From the NCBI GenBank assembly GCA_964478815.1, contig CAYZKY010000009.1, positions 5,182-69,181 on the forward strand: a stretch of 64,000 nucleotides of DNA, in the 5' to 3' direction. The notes under the pieces are model-generated. The model was not told the DNA's origin. It was given only the letters and a program-made list of their open reading frames with translations, and did not search any database. Origin of the DNA: an uncultured Verrucomicrobiota bacterium (GTDB taxonomy: Bacteria > Verrucomicrobiota > Verrucomicrobiia > Limisphaerales > SXQI01). The position numbers and the translations under genes are program-made. Position 1 is the first letter of the stretch; the number at the start of each line of letters is the position of its first letter. Of the stretch, positions 50,382 to 59,650 are shown piece by piece.

Positions 50382-51563
50382 TTAATTATTCTCAACCAAC
50401 GAATCGACCAAACGGTAATAGCCCTCTTTCTGGGCCTCCCAGTTGAATTTCTCGTTAAACCGAATCGCATTCCCGGCCAGATCCCGCCGGGCCTGCGGAT
50501 TGCGATAGAGCTGCAGAATCGAATCCGCCAGTTCCTTTTCGTCGCCCGGTTTCACGAACTTCACCATTTGATCGTCGAAATAAGTTTGAATCGTTTCCGT
50601 GCGGGTCACGATGGACGGAATCCCGAGATGGACATACTCCATCAGTTTGAGCGGCAACATGTACCGCGTAAACTCATCGTACAGGATCGGAATGACCCCT
50701 ACATCCGCCTGGCTCAAAAACGCCGGCAGCTTTTCGAGCGGCATCCGTCCATGGAATTTCACGATAGCGCCCAACCCCAGCTCGGCCGCCACGCCCTGAA
50801 TTCGCTCGTAGTCGTCCCCATGACCAATGACCAGAAACTCCAGGTCCGGCGTTTGATCCTTGATCCGCCCAATGGCCCGCAAGGCGACCTCGAGCCCGTG
50901 CCGTCGGGCGACGGTGCCATGATAAACGAGCCGAAACTTATTGTCCGCCCGGACGTGACCGTTCAGCCTCGCTTTGAAGATGTGCGGGTCAGGCACATTC
51001 ATCAAGACCTCGAACTTGCTGGCGGGATTCCCATGCCGGATCAGCGCATCGCGATGCGGCACATGCACCGCCAGCGCCCGATCCGCAAATCGGATGCTCA
51101 ACCGTTCGATCCAGGTGATCAGCCGCACCATCCAATTGTCCGCCTTCTTAAACTTGCAGATGTACAGTTCCGGCATCAGATCGTGGACATCCAGAATCAC
51201 CTTCGCCCCCATCAATTTCGGCAGGAGAGCGGTGAAGACCAGAAAATCCGGCATGGTGTGGACGTGGATCAAATCGTATCGATTCTTAACATGGAGCCGG
51301 GCAAGCAGGAAGCTGGCTTTAACGAAAAACCAGAGGTAGATGAGCATGTAGCGCAGGGTGCTGGCCCCCTGGTACCTCCCCACGGCCAGGGGATACAAAC
51401 GCACTCCCATCAATTCTTCGGAGCCCTTCGAGGCGCCATCCTCCGTGCAAATAAAGTGGATCGTATCCCCCCGCGCGGCCAAGGCTTCCGCCTCCCGGCG
51501 GACCCTCGGGTCGCTCTTGTAGAAGGTGTAGGCCACCATGCACACCTTTTTCGGCATAGGCAA
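50382..51563 (-). CDS. glycosyltransferase, GT4-like
   Basis: GT-B architecture. The C-terminal half resembles the sugar-donor-binding region of GT4 enzymes, but the E-x7-E region was not clearly identified. Confidence 0.7.
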   Translation of the reverse strand: MPMPKKVCMVAYTFYKSDPRVRREAEALAARGDTIHFICTEDGASKGSEELMGVRLYPLAVGRYQGASTLRYMLIYLWFFVKASFLLARLHVKNRYDLIHVHTMPDFLVFTALLPKLMGAKVILDVHDLMPELYICKFKKADNWMVRLITWIERLSIRFADRALAVHVPHRDALIRHGNPASKFEVLMNVPDPHIFKARLNGHVRADNKFRLVYHGTVARRHGLEVALRAIGRIKDQTPDLEFLVIGHGDDYERIQGVAAELGLGAIVKFHGRMPLEKLPAFLSQADVGVIPILYDEFTRYMLPLKLMEYVHLGIPSIVTRTETIQTYFDDQMVKFVKPGDEKELADSILQLYRNPQARRDLAGNAIRFNEKFNWEAQKEGYYRLVDSLVENN

Positions 51564-51578
51564 ACTTCTGAAAACCGG

Positions 51579-53240
51579 CTAATTCGCCAGGACCATTTCC
51601 GCTTTTCCGCGAGCCCCCGAAGGCCCGGAATGTCGAATCGAATCCCTTGGGGAAACCCCCTCTGAAAGTGAAAGCCGCACATGGCGCCGGCCCCCGATTG
51701 CCGCTTCAACCTGGCGCAACTGCCCGGAATCGGTCGACCAGGTTAATCGCAATGCCACATCCTCCTCCTGAGTTGCCGGAACCTCGGCCAGGCTGACCAC
51801 CACATCATCCCCTTCGCCACGAGTGTTCTGAAACTGGATCTGGCGTCGTTTGCCGAACCATTCGACGGCCTGTTTCGCGGTGGCGAACCAGGCGCCGCGC
51901 TCGTCGAGTCGCTTCAGAAAGGACTCGTAAAACGAGCCCCACAACCGCTCCGGCACCAGACTCCGGTCGTGCCAGTTCAAAGTCACGGTTCCCCCGGCTT
52001 CCGCGGCGTGATCCATGATCCGCTCGCAGAGCTCCCACGCCTCCCCGGGGCGAAGATTCATGCGATCCGGAAAGAATAACGCGCAATCCTGGACATGCAT
52101 CGGCAGCTCGAGCATCCGGGTCGAAGACAGAGGACGAAAGACCTGAGTCGTGCCGGCCTTGTACCCGGCCGCCTCGTTATACCCGGAAGTCGATTCGTAC
52201 TGGAAACCCGCGCGGTCCAATAATTCGTGGGAACCCTTGTCGAAATACAGCCAGTGCATGCGCACCCCCGCCGGCGGCTCTCCCGTCACGGACGCCATCC
52301 GAGCCGATTCGTCTCGCGCTGCACCTTCTGCCGACCACGCATCGATGCCGTGCAACGCCACCTCGCATCCGGCTTCCTGCACCATCTTGACGTAGCGGGG
52401 AATCTCCGTGACATCGTAGCGAACGCCGCGCTTGGCATGGTCGGTCCGGCCGCAAGGCGAGCCTGGACGGTTCTTGATCGGAATAATAAAGAACGTCGAA
52501 GGCTTGCCCCCCTCGACCTGCAGATACCGCGAAAAGGGTTCCCAATAGTCCTCCGCCACCCCCATCTGGACCAAGGGCAACTGCAACGCCGCCAGGACGT
52601 TCCGGCTCATCTCTCCAACGGTCTTGCGCCCGGTGGTCCAATCGATGATCGACCCGACCGTCGCCCGGTAGAGAAAGCCCGCCATGGTGTGATCGAATCG
52701 ATGCTGGCGCAGGCGCAGAAAATCGATGTCGTGCGTCAAACAGCAGATGAACGGCCGCCCTGCCGGAGCCGGAGGAATTTCCACCACCACCAATCCGGCC
52801 TGAACCATCAACTTTCGGAGAATCTGAATATGCCGATCCAAGGTGGGGATTGCGGCATGCGAGGCGGGTTGGCCGATCGTCAGCAGATACTCGATCTCAG
52901 CCCAAAGCTGGTAGCCGAGCTGCACGGTCAGCGTCGCTTGCGAACTCTGTTTCGCGCAATACCCCGGCGCCGGTCCGGTCATAGCCGACGTGTAGAGCGG
53001 AATCTCCTCGCCTTCCACCGTCGCCAGCGCCTGCGGCACGGTGGCGGATGGAGCAACGCCCCCCTCCGCACCATGAACAATCCGAAGCCGGACTCCCGGC
53101 GCTTCGGCCGCGGCATCCTGACCGGCGATGACAACGTCGTACGTCCGTCCGGCGCGATACGGTTCCCACGGCGTCTTGAAGAGTTGGAAAAACTCTTCCA
53201 CGATCCGCAGCTCCTTCGGATTTGCGATAACTCCGATCAT
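51579..53240 (-). CDS. polysaccharide-deacetylase-like protein with an N-terminal domain of unknown function
   Basis: Start at ATG 53240 (ATGA overlap with the upstream stop). CLTHDIDFL and ALHGIDAW resemble NodB motifs 1 and 2. Confidence 0.55.
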   Translation of the reverse strand: MIGVIANPKELRIVEEFFQLFKTPWEPYRAGRTYDVVIAGQDAAAEAPGVRLRIVHGAEGGVAPSATVPQALATVEGEEIPLYTSAMTGPAPGYCAKQSSQATLTVQLGYQLWAEIEYLLTIGQPASHAAIPTLDRHIQILRKLMVQAGLVVVEIPPAPAGRPFICCLTHDIDFLRLRQHRFDHTMAGFLYRATVGSIIDWTTGRKTVGEMSRNVLAALQLPLVQMGVAEDYWEPFSRYLQVEGGKPSTFFIIPIKNRPGSPCGRTDHAKRGVRYDVTEIPRYVKMVQEAGCEVALHGIDAWSAEGAARDESARMASVTGEPPAGVRMHWLYFDKGSHELLDRAGFQYESTSGYNEAAGYKAGTTQVFRPLSSTRMLELPMHVQDCALFFPDRMNLRPGEAWELCERIMDHAAEAGGTVTLNWHDRSLVPERLWGSFYESFLKRLDERGAWFATAKQAVEWFGKRRQIQFQNTRGEGDDVVVSLAEVPATQEEDVALRLTWSTDSGQLRQVEAAIGGRRHVRLSLSEGVSPRDSIRHSGPSGARGKAEMVLAN

Positions 53241-54391
53241 CGAACAACCAGGGGGGGCGGTGTGGCTGCGGCCGCTGGTGGCGCAAAGGCTGCCCATGCG
53301 TGCTTTCTCCAGAATCCCGCCAAATCCTTCGGCAGCGGATTCCAATACGCGCCTTCGTACTCGGCCCGCACATGTTGGAGCAACTCTTCCAAATAGCGGC
53401 TCGGGTAATCGTGCTCGCTGCCGCCAGGGCCAAAGTCCATGTAGTCTGGATGCACGTTCACCAATGCCATGCCGCCATGTTTGGCGATCCAGGCCAGCTT
53501 CTGTTTCCAGATCCCGATATCGCGCTGCTGCAAGAACCGGAAAAGCGTCGAATCCTGGGCCAGCGTGTAGGGCAGCTCCACATAACCCTTCCCGCCTTTC
53601 GGGCTGGGAATCATGAAGGGGAAGATCGTTCCCACCCCATCCGGTTGCGGTTCGAACGGATCGGTGTCGAAGCCGGACGCATCGTATTCGATATTCAGGT
53701 CGTGCAGCCACTCGAACTCGTGATGCATGAACCCGGAACGAAATCCGACCGCCTCCCAGTCCTGCAGGTAAGTGTTGATGCGCCGCGCATTTTCTCGAAA
53801 AATTTCGCGCGAACGATACAACTTGCCATCGTGGCGCAGATCGTGAACCCCCACCTCGAAGCCCGCGTCGACGATCCGTGCTCGAACTTCCGCCGAGAGC
53901 CTATACTCGCCCTCAGGCACAAAATTGAAGGAACCGGCAAACCCAAGCCGTCGATCCAGCTCCAGCAAGCGTTCCACTCGTTCAAACCCACGCGCACCTT
54001 CCACGTCGTGCGTCAGGATGAACGCGAATTTCTTCCCGCCAGGCCAGCCCTCCCACCGGGCCGGCGGACGGGCGGCGGACGGATCGATCGGCCAGACGGC
54101 CCGCGATCGTTCCAAGGCCTGCCTCGCCAGCACTCGGCGGAGCATCAACCGCAGCCGGGCAGGAATGAACGGCTTCGCGTCGTAATATAAACGGCGGAGA
54201 AGGGACAAGGGGAGATGTGGGTTGCCCTGCGAGAAATCCGCATGCAGGGCTTGTCCGCCCTCCATGGCGCGATTTGCGCGTCGAGCGCCGCTTCGGGCGG
54301 CGTCCGACGCCGGGACTTTTGCTGACGCGTTTCGCCAGCCGACTTTGCCACGCGCGCCTACACGCGGGGCTTTGCCTTCAGACGAAGGCAA
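53237..54391 (-). CDS. polysaccharide-deacetylase-like protein
   Basis: FILTHDVEG and VGVHDLRHDG motifs. Start is uncertain (54391 or ATG 54265). Confidence 0.6.
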   Translation of the reverse strand: MPSSEGKAPRVGARGKVGWRNASAKVPASDAARSGARRANRAMEGGQALHADFSQGNPHLPLSLLRRLYYDAKPFIPARLRLMLRRVLARQALERSRAVWPIDPSAARPPARWEGWPGGKKFAFILTHDVEGARGFERVERLLELDRRLGFAGSFNFVPEGEYRLSAEVRARIVDAGFEVGVHDLRHDGKLYRSREIFRENARRINTYLQDWEAVGFRSGFMHHEFEWLHDLNIEYDASGFDTDPFEPQPDGVGTIFPFMIPSPKGGKGYVELPYTLAQDSTLFRFLQQRDIGIWKQKLAWIAKHGGMALVNVHPDYMDFGPGGSEHDYPSRYLEELLQHVRAEYEGAYWNPLPKDLAGFWRKHAWAAFAPPAAAATPPPLVVR

Positions 54392-54418
54392 AATGATCGG
54401 GGGATCGGACGATTGGGC

Positions 54419-56821
54419 TCAAATATCCTGGTTGAGCGATTTGGGCCCATAGGTGTGCGTCTTGTTCAGAACGGTCACTAAATTGGTGCGGGATGAGGCG
54501 AGCAGCTTCTGGGCGCGCTCCACCTTTTCGCGGTCGGTTTCCTCGGCCTCGATCACCAGCAGCGTCCTTTCCACCTGGCTGGCCAGGCGCAACGAACCGC
54601 TGGTTTGGTCGATCGGCGGCAAATCGAAAATGATATAATCGTAATCGCTCGCCTTCAACTTCGGCAGGAGGTCGCTGAAACTCTGCACGATGCTTGCACC
54701 GTTGACGCTCCGGCCCGTGGTGGCTAGCGCAGTCAGGTTCTGGCGCACCAGCGCGTGGTCGGCCCCCTTGGGTGTCTCGTCCGGCAATCCGGGATTCGGC
54801 CGCCCTTTTGCGAAAAAGGTCACCGCCACCTTGTTCCGCTCGAGGCCGATGTAAAGCACGTTCCTTTCGACATCGCGGGATAATGCCGCGGCCAGCCCGG
54901 TGGCCAGGCGGGTCACGCCGGCCCCCTTGTTGCAACTCGTCAATCCGACGATCTTCGGTTTGTGCAGATCCCCGGCATAGGACATGACTACCCGGTCGCG
55001 CAACGCTTCGTAATACGGAAGCATCGGATCGTTCTCATCCCACGGCTGCACTTCCCCGTCGAAAAAGCCTGTCACTTCCGGCAACGCCCGTCCGTCGGTC
55101 GGCGCCGGCAGCCTCAGCATGGAATGTCCATTGGCTCCAAAATCAGGGATCGCCGCGAAAATCGGCAGTTTGAGCGCCGCCTCGACCTCTTTCGCCCGCT
55201 TGAACGTCCGATCGAGGTAAAGCTCCGAAACAAACGCCAGCAACAGCCCCACTGCCAGACCGCCCGCGATGCAAAGGGCAATCATCTGGTAGAATTTCTT
55301 GGTGTCCCGCCCGGAGAACCCGGCGGCCTGCACCACGCTGATGTTGTTGATCTTCGCCACGTCCAGAGTCTCCTCGACACGCGCCCGATCAAGCTGGTCC
55401 GTCAAGTACGCCAGCCTCTTTTCGAACCCGTCTTTTCGTCGCTGCAAATCGAGGATTTGCACCTCCAACCCATCGATCAGGTTCGCCCGGGCCACCACAT
55501 CCGCCTGCTGCCGCCGTTGAGCCTGCAATTTCCCGTTCAAGCCTTGGATCTGTTCCCGGGCCGCCTGATAATCGAAAACCGGAATGATGGGACGGGACGG
55601 TGCCGGATTGGCAGCCGTCGCGGGAGCAGGCGCACCGGCCGTCGTCGGCCGGGCGGCACCCCTTTGCCGCTGCGCCACGAGCGCGGCGGGATCGATGCCC
55701 AATTCCTTGATCGAACGCTCGGTGTCCTCGATCAATTGGCGATGCTGGGTAATCACCCGGCTTCCCGGCTTCCATGTCGCCAGGAGCCGCAGTTCGTCCG
55801 CTTTCAGACTCGCGAGCTGCTGGTTCAGTCGTTCATAGCCCGCGAGGACCGTGGGAGACGGCATTTCCGGTTCCGGCGCCTCCGCCTCCTCCACCGTGTT
55901 GGTCGCGGGTTGAGTGGCTGCGGCCGCTAAATTCGTCTCGCTGGCTGCACTCGTCACCGCATTGGTCGTGGTCGCAGCCGCCGTCGCCACCTGGTTTGTT
56001 TCGCCGCTCCCCGCGGGTGCATTGGTCGTTGCCCCCAGCTCCGCCGGGCGTTTCATCGCCTCGTTATACAGCGCCACGCGTTCCGCCAGACTGCCTTCGG
56101 TTTCGAATATGGCTTTGCGGATCAGGCTCAGTTCCGTGGTGATTTCCAGCTTCGCCTGATCCAGCGAGAGCACCGCCGCCTGCTTCTTTTTATCGCGCAA
56201 GGCATTCTCCGCCTCCGTCAGCCGGTTCCTCACATCGTCCACCTGCGCGGTCAAGAATTCCAGACTGCCCGAAGGCCGGTGAGCCTCCCCATGACGCCTC
56301 AAATATTCGGTGATAATCTGCGACAAGGTTTCCTGCGCCACCTGCGGATCGCGATGCTTCAAACTCACATTGATCACGCTGCTGTTCCGGCCGACCCCGA
56401 CCGTCATGTTGCGAAGCACCTGCCCCATGGCCAGGGCTTCGCCGCTCGTCGCATTGGTGTCGCTCGGCTGGTCGGAGACGATGCGCGCCGCCCCCACCGC
56501 CTTGACCGCCGCCCGCACGGTGTCCGCGTTCCGCAAAATCTCCATTTCGGAATTAAGGATCGTTTCGCCGCGGGCATCTGGCGAACGGACCATCGTGCCG
56601 TCCGGCAGCGAATTCACCGGCGCTTTGATGTCGTTAATGTAGCGGACCAGGAGCTTGGCATCCGATTGCGGCAAAGGCTGCTGCAACACAAACACCGCGG
56701 CCGCGCCGCCGATCCCCAGCAGGGTGCAAAGGATGATCTTCCACTTCTGCCGGAACAGAATATAGGCCACGTCTTGGGCCTTCAGGCCGCCGCCCGGATT
56801 GGTTGCGTCTTTTGGGTTCAT
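54419..56821 (-). CDS. polysaccharide co-polymerase (Wzz domain, coiled coil) fused to a BY-kinase-like P-loop domain (Wzc/GumC/EpsF-G-like)
   Basis: N-terminal TM plus Wzz-type region, a long coiled coil, a second TM, then the ParA/MinD-like GLTSCNKGAGVTRL and DYIIFDLPP. Confidence 0.8.
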   Translation of the reverse strand: MNPKDATNPGGGLKAQDVAYILFRQKWKIILCTLLGIGGAAAVFVLQQPLPQSDAKLLVRYINDIKAPVNSLPDGTMVRSPDARGETILNSEMEILRNADTVRAAVKAVGAARIVSDQPSDTNATSGEALAMGQVLRNMTVGVGRNSSVINVSLKHRDPQVAQETLSQIITEYLRRHGEAHRPSGSLEFLTAQVDDVRNRLTEAENALRDKKKQAAVLSLDQAKLEITTELSLIRKAIFETEGSLAERVALYNEAMKRPAELGATTNAPAGSGETNQVATAAATTTNAVTSAASETNLAAAATQPATNTVEEAEAPEPEMPSPTVLAGYERLNQQLASLKADELRLLATWKPGSRVITQHRQLIEDTERSIKELGIDPAALVAQRQRGAARPTTAGAPAPATAANPAPSRPIIPVFDYQAAREQIQGLNGKLQAQRRQQADVVARANLIDGLEVQILDLQRRKDGFEKRLAYLTDQLDRARVEETLDVAKINNISVVQAAGFSGRDTKKFYQMIALCIAGGLAVGLLLAFVSELYLDRTFKRAKEVEAALKLPIFAAIPDFGANGHSMLRLPAPTDGRALPEVTGFFDGEVQPWDENDPMLPYYEALRDRVVMSYAGDLHKPKIVGLTSCNKGAGVTRLATGLAAALSRDVERNVLYIGLERNKVAVTFFAKGRPNPGLPDETPKGADHALVRQNLTALATTGRSVNGASIVQSFSDLLPKLKASDYDYIIFDLPPIDQTSGSLRLASQVERTLLVIEAEETDREKVERAQKLLASSRTNLVTVLNKTHTYGPKSLNQDI

Positions 56822-56900
56822 GCGAACCTTTCGGTTAGTGTTGCCAAAGGGTTGGTCAGGGTTGGAAGAAAACGGGGGATCCGTTGCTGCGTCGGTAGAT

Positions 56901-58022
56901 TCATGCGATATGCCGGTAAAGCGCCGCGCCGATCAGCCGGCTCGCCGCCAGCGGCAGGTGTTGAAAAACCCAATTGTGCCAGCCGTGCGCCAGATCCGGT
57001 TTCTCGACGAAGTCGTTCCGCCGCAGGCTGTATTTCGTATAAGATTTCATGTGCTCGAGAGCCGCCCAATTCGTCTTGAACCGGCGCAACCCTTCATTCG
57101 CCATCGAGGTGCGTCCGAGGGACATGCTCTCGCAGCCCAGCCGCATGGCTTGCCGCATCCCCGCCCACATCACCGAATTGTTCGCCCTGAGTTGCTGGAA
57201 CCTCTCGTCCGAAGCCCCGAACTTGTAAACCGCCCGCTTCCCGAAATAACCGAATAGCGACGCGGCGACTGGTCTATCCTCATACTCTGAAACCGCCAGA
57301 AAGGCAAGTCCGGCCTTGACAAGCCGTTCCTGCACTACTCGGAAAAAGGACCGCGGCTGCGGCGGCAACCCGTGCCGCCGCCGGGTTTGGCACTGTAATC
57401 CATAGAAGGCGTCCATCGCCGCGGAATCCGTTCGAATTTCCACTTTCACGGAAGCCTTCTCCGCTTTCCGAATCGCCCGCCGCACGCTTCCATCGAACTC
57501 CCCGAACAGGCCCTCTCCCCGGCGCAGATCCACCGTGTGTTCGTAAAAACGGATCGAACTCCTCATCGACTCGGGACGTCCTTCACAACTTCGAATCTCC
57601 AGCGATTTCCAGCCCCGTTCCTTTCCGAGTTCCAACGCCTCGGCGAACATCTCCTTCCAGCCGAATTCCGCCGAGACAAGCGGCGAACACTCATCGCTGA
57701 ACGGAAGGCCAATCCCTCGCCGGCCCGTCAGCCGGCTCTCGACCTCCATCAGCGGGAGGATGGCCGAACCATCCTCCCTCCGGGAGACCAGGTAACACGG
57801 CGTATATCCATACGCCTCGCAGAGCGTCTCGCACCATTCCCGCGTGTGGAAAAGCGACCCGCCCCCGTGGTTGAGAACCTTCGCATTCCACTGCCCATCC
57901 GCCCGCGGATCGGCCACGCGGAACGGTTCGGCCCTCCGCACGGAGGACATGGCGCGATGAGCATCGCTTGGCACACGGCTCTCACCGGCGGCGGCAGTGG
58001 CAATGGCGGCGGTTCCAGGCAT
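56901..58022 (-). CDS. FemAB-like / Acetyltransf_6 GNAT-fold protein (second paralogue)
   Basis: ...GGSLFHTREWCETLCEAYGY... is typical of EPS-locus FemAB-like proteins. Start at ATG 58022 or ATG 57950. Confidence 0.55.
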   Translation of the reverse strand: MPGTAAIATAAAGESRVPSDAHRAMSSVRRAEPFRVADPRADGQWNAKVLNHGGGSLFHTREWCETLCEAYGYTPCYLVSRREDGSAILPLMEVESRLTGRRGIGLPFSDECSPLVSAEFGWKEMFAEALELGKERGWKSLEIRSCEGRPESMRSSIRFYEHTVDLRRGEGLFGEFDGSVRRAIRKAEKASVKVEIRTDSAAMDAFYGLQCQTRRRHGLPPQPRSFFRVVQERLVKAGLAFLAVSEYEDRPVAASLFGYFGKRAVYKFGASDERFQQLRANNSVMWAGMRQAMRLGCESMSLGRTSMANEGLRRFKTNWAALEHMKSYTKYSLRRNDFVEKPDLAHGWHNWVFQHLPLAASRLIGAALYRHIA

Positions 58023-58024
58023 CC

Positions 58025-59149
58025 TTAGGCCGCCACGGCCATCGGCTGCCTCACGAAGCTCTTCACTCCGGCGACGACCGCCTCGATGTCCTGCGGCGTG
58101 AGTTCCGGATACATGGGCAGGGACACCAGTTCCCGCGCCACCCGCTCGCTCACCGGGAAGCTGCCCGGCCCTTGGCCCAGGCTCCGATAAGCCTCTTGCA
58201 GATGCAACGGCAGCGGATAATGGATCGCGCACGCGATATCCTTCGCCGCCATCGCCTTGATCAATCCCTCGCGATCCTTCACCCGCAGCACATACAAATG
58301 ATAGACATGCTTCGAATAGCTGGCCTCGGTCGGCGTGATGACTTCATCCGTGTCCGCGAACATGCTGGTGTAGCGAGCCGCATGCGCCCGGCGCGCGTTC
58401 GTCCAATGCTCGAGGTGTTTCAGCTTGATGCTCAGGATCGCCCCCTGGAAGCCGTCCATGCGCCCGTTCCAGCCCACCACATCGTGGAAATACTTCTTCG
58501 CCTGGCCGTGATCGCGGTAGGTGGCCATCTTCGTGCGCAGCTCGGCGCTGTTCGTTGTGCAACCCCCGCCCTCTCCGCACGCTCCGAGATTCTTGCCCGG
58601 ATAAAAGCTGAAGCAGCCCACCTCGCCGATCGTTCCCGCGCGGCGCCCCTTGTATTCCGCGCCGTGCGCCTGGCACGCGTCTTCCACCACCGGCAAGCCA
58701 TGCTTCCTGGCAATGTCCATGATCGGATCCATGTCCGCCATCTGGCCGTAGAGATGCACCGGGATGATCGCCTTGGTGCGCGGCGTAATCGCGCGCTCCA
58801 GCAAGGCCGGATCCATCGTACAGGTCTGCTCGTCGATGTCGACGAACACCGGCTTCGCCCCGCAATAAGTGATCGCCTCCGCCGTCGCGATAAACGTATT
58901 CGGCACCGTGATCACTTCGTCGCCCGGCTTCACGCCGAGGGCCAACAGCGCGAACCACAGCGCGTCCGTGCCGTTCCCGACCGCCACGGAATGCTTCGCG
59001 TGGCAATACTTTGCGAATTCCTCCTCGAACTTCGTCACATAAGGACCGCCGGCGAACGCCGTATTATCGATCACTTCGGACACCGCCGCGAGAATCTCGC
59101 TTTTGAGCGCTTGATGCTGAGCCTTAAGATTAAGAAACGGAATTGGCAT
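58025..59149 (-). CDS. DegT/DnrJ/EryC1 family PLP-dependent sugar aminotransferase (WbpE-like)
   Basis: Typical N-terminus MPIPFLNLKAQH and the PLP-lysine region SFYPGKNLGA. Confidence 0.85.
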   Translation of the reverse strand: MPIPFLNLKAQHQALKSEILAAVSEVIDNTAFAGGPYVTKFEEEFAKYCHAKHSVAVGNGTDALWFALLALGVKPGDEVITVPNTFIATAEAITYCGAKPVFVDIDEQTCTMDPALLERAITPRTKAIIPVHLYGQMADMDPIMDIARKHGLPVVEDACQAHGAEYKGRRAGTIGEVGCFSFYPGKNLGACGEGGGCTTNSAELRTKMATYRDHGQAKKYFHDVVGWNGRMDGFQGAILSIKLKHLEHWTNARRAHAARYTSMFADTDEVITPTEASYSKHVYHLYVLRVKDREGLIKAMAAKDIACAIHYPLPLHLQEAYRSLGQGPGSFPVSERVARELVSLPMYPELTPQDIEAVVAGVKSFVRQPMAVAA

Positions 59150-59152
59150 GTG

Positions 59153-59650
59153 TTAACTGTTTTTCTTGTTGATTCGTAAAACTCGCGCCGGGTTCCCGGC
59201 CACGATCGCGTCCGCAGGTACATCCTTGGTCACCACGCTCCCCGCCCCCACGATCGCACGTTCGCCGATCGTGACCCCGCACAGCAGCGTCGCACTCGAA
59301 CCGATGGAAGCCCCCTGGCACACCCGCGTCGGGCGGCACTCCCAATCCTTCTCGGTCTGCAATTGCCCTCCCGCCGCCGTCGCCCGCGGATACAGGTCGT
59401 TGATGAACGTCACGTTGTGTCCGATGAACACCTCGTCCTCGATCGTCACCCCTTCGCAAATGAAGCTGTGGCTCGAAATCTTGCAGCGCTTCCCGACCTT
59501 GGACCCCTTCTGGATCTCGACAAACGTGCCGATCTTCGTCTCATCCCCGATTTCGCAACCGTACAGGTTGGTGAACGCGAAGATCTTGACGCCCGCGCCG
59601 ACTTTAACGTCGGGCGCGATCCGCTGGAACATCGAAGGATCGCTCGTCAT
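59153..59650 (-). CDS. hexapeptide-repeat sugar N-acetyltransferase (WbpD-like)
   Basis: Left-handed beta-helix hexapeptide repeats throughout. 165 aa. Confidence 0.8.
   Translation of the reverse strand: MTSDPSMFQRIAPDVKVGAGVKIFAFTNLYGCEIGDETKIGTFVEIQKGSKVGKRCKISSHSFICEGVTIEDEVFIGHNVTFINDLYPRATAAGGQLQTEKDWECRPTRVCQGASIGSSATLLCGVTIGERAIVGAGSVVTKDVPADAIVAGNPARVLRINKKNS

Noticed and set aside
49605-51665. 686-aa plus-strand ORF
   Set aside because: It is antisense to the dehydrogenase-like and GT4 genes and has no recognisable motifs.
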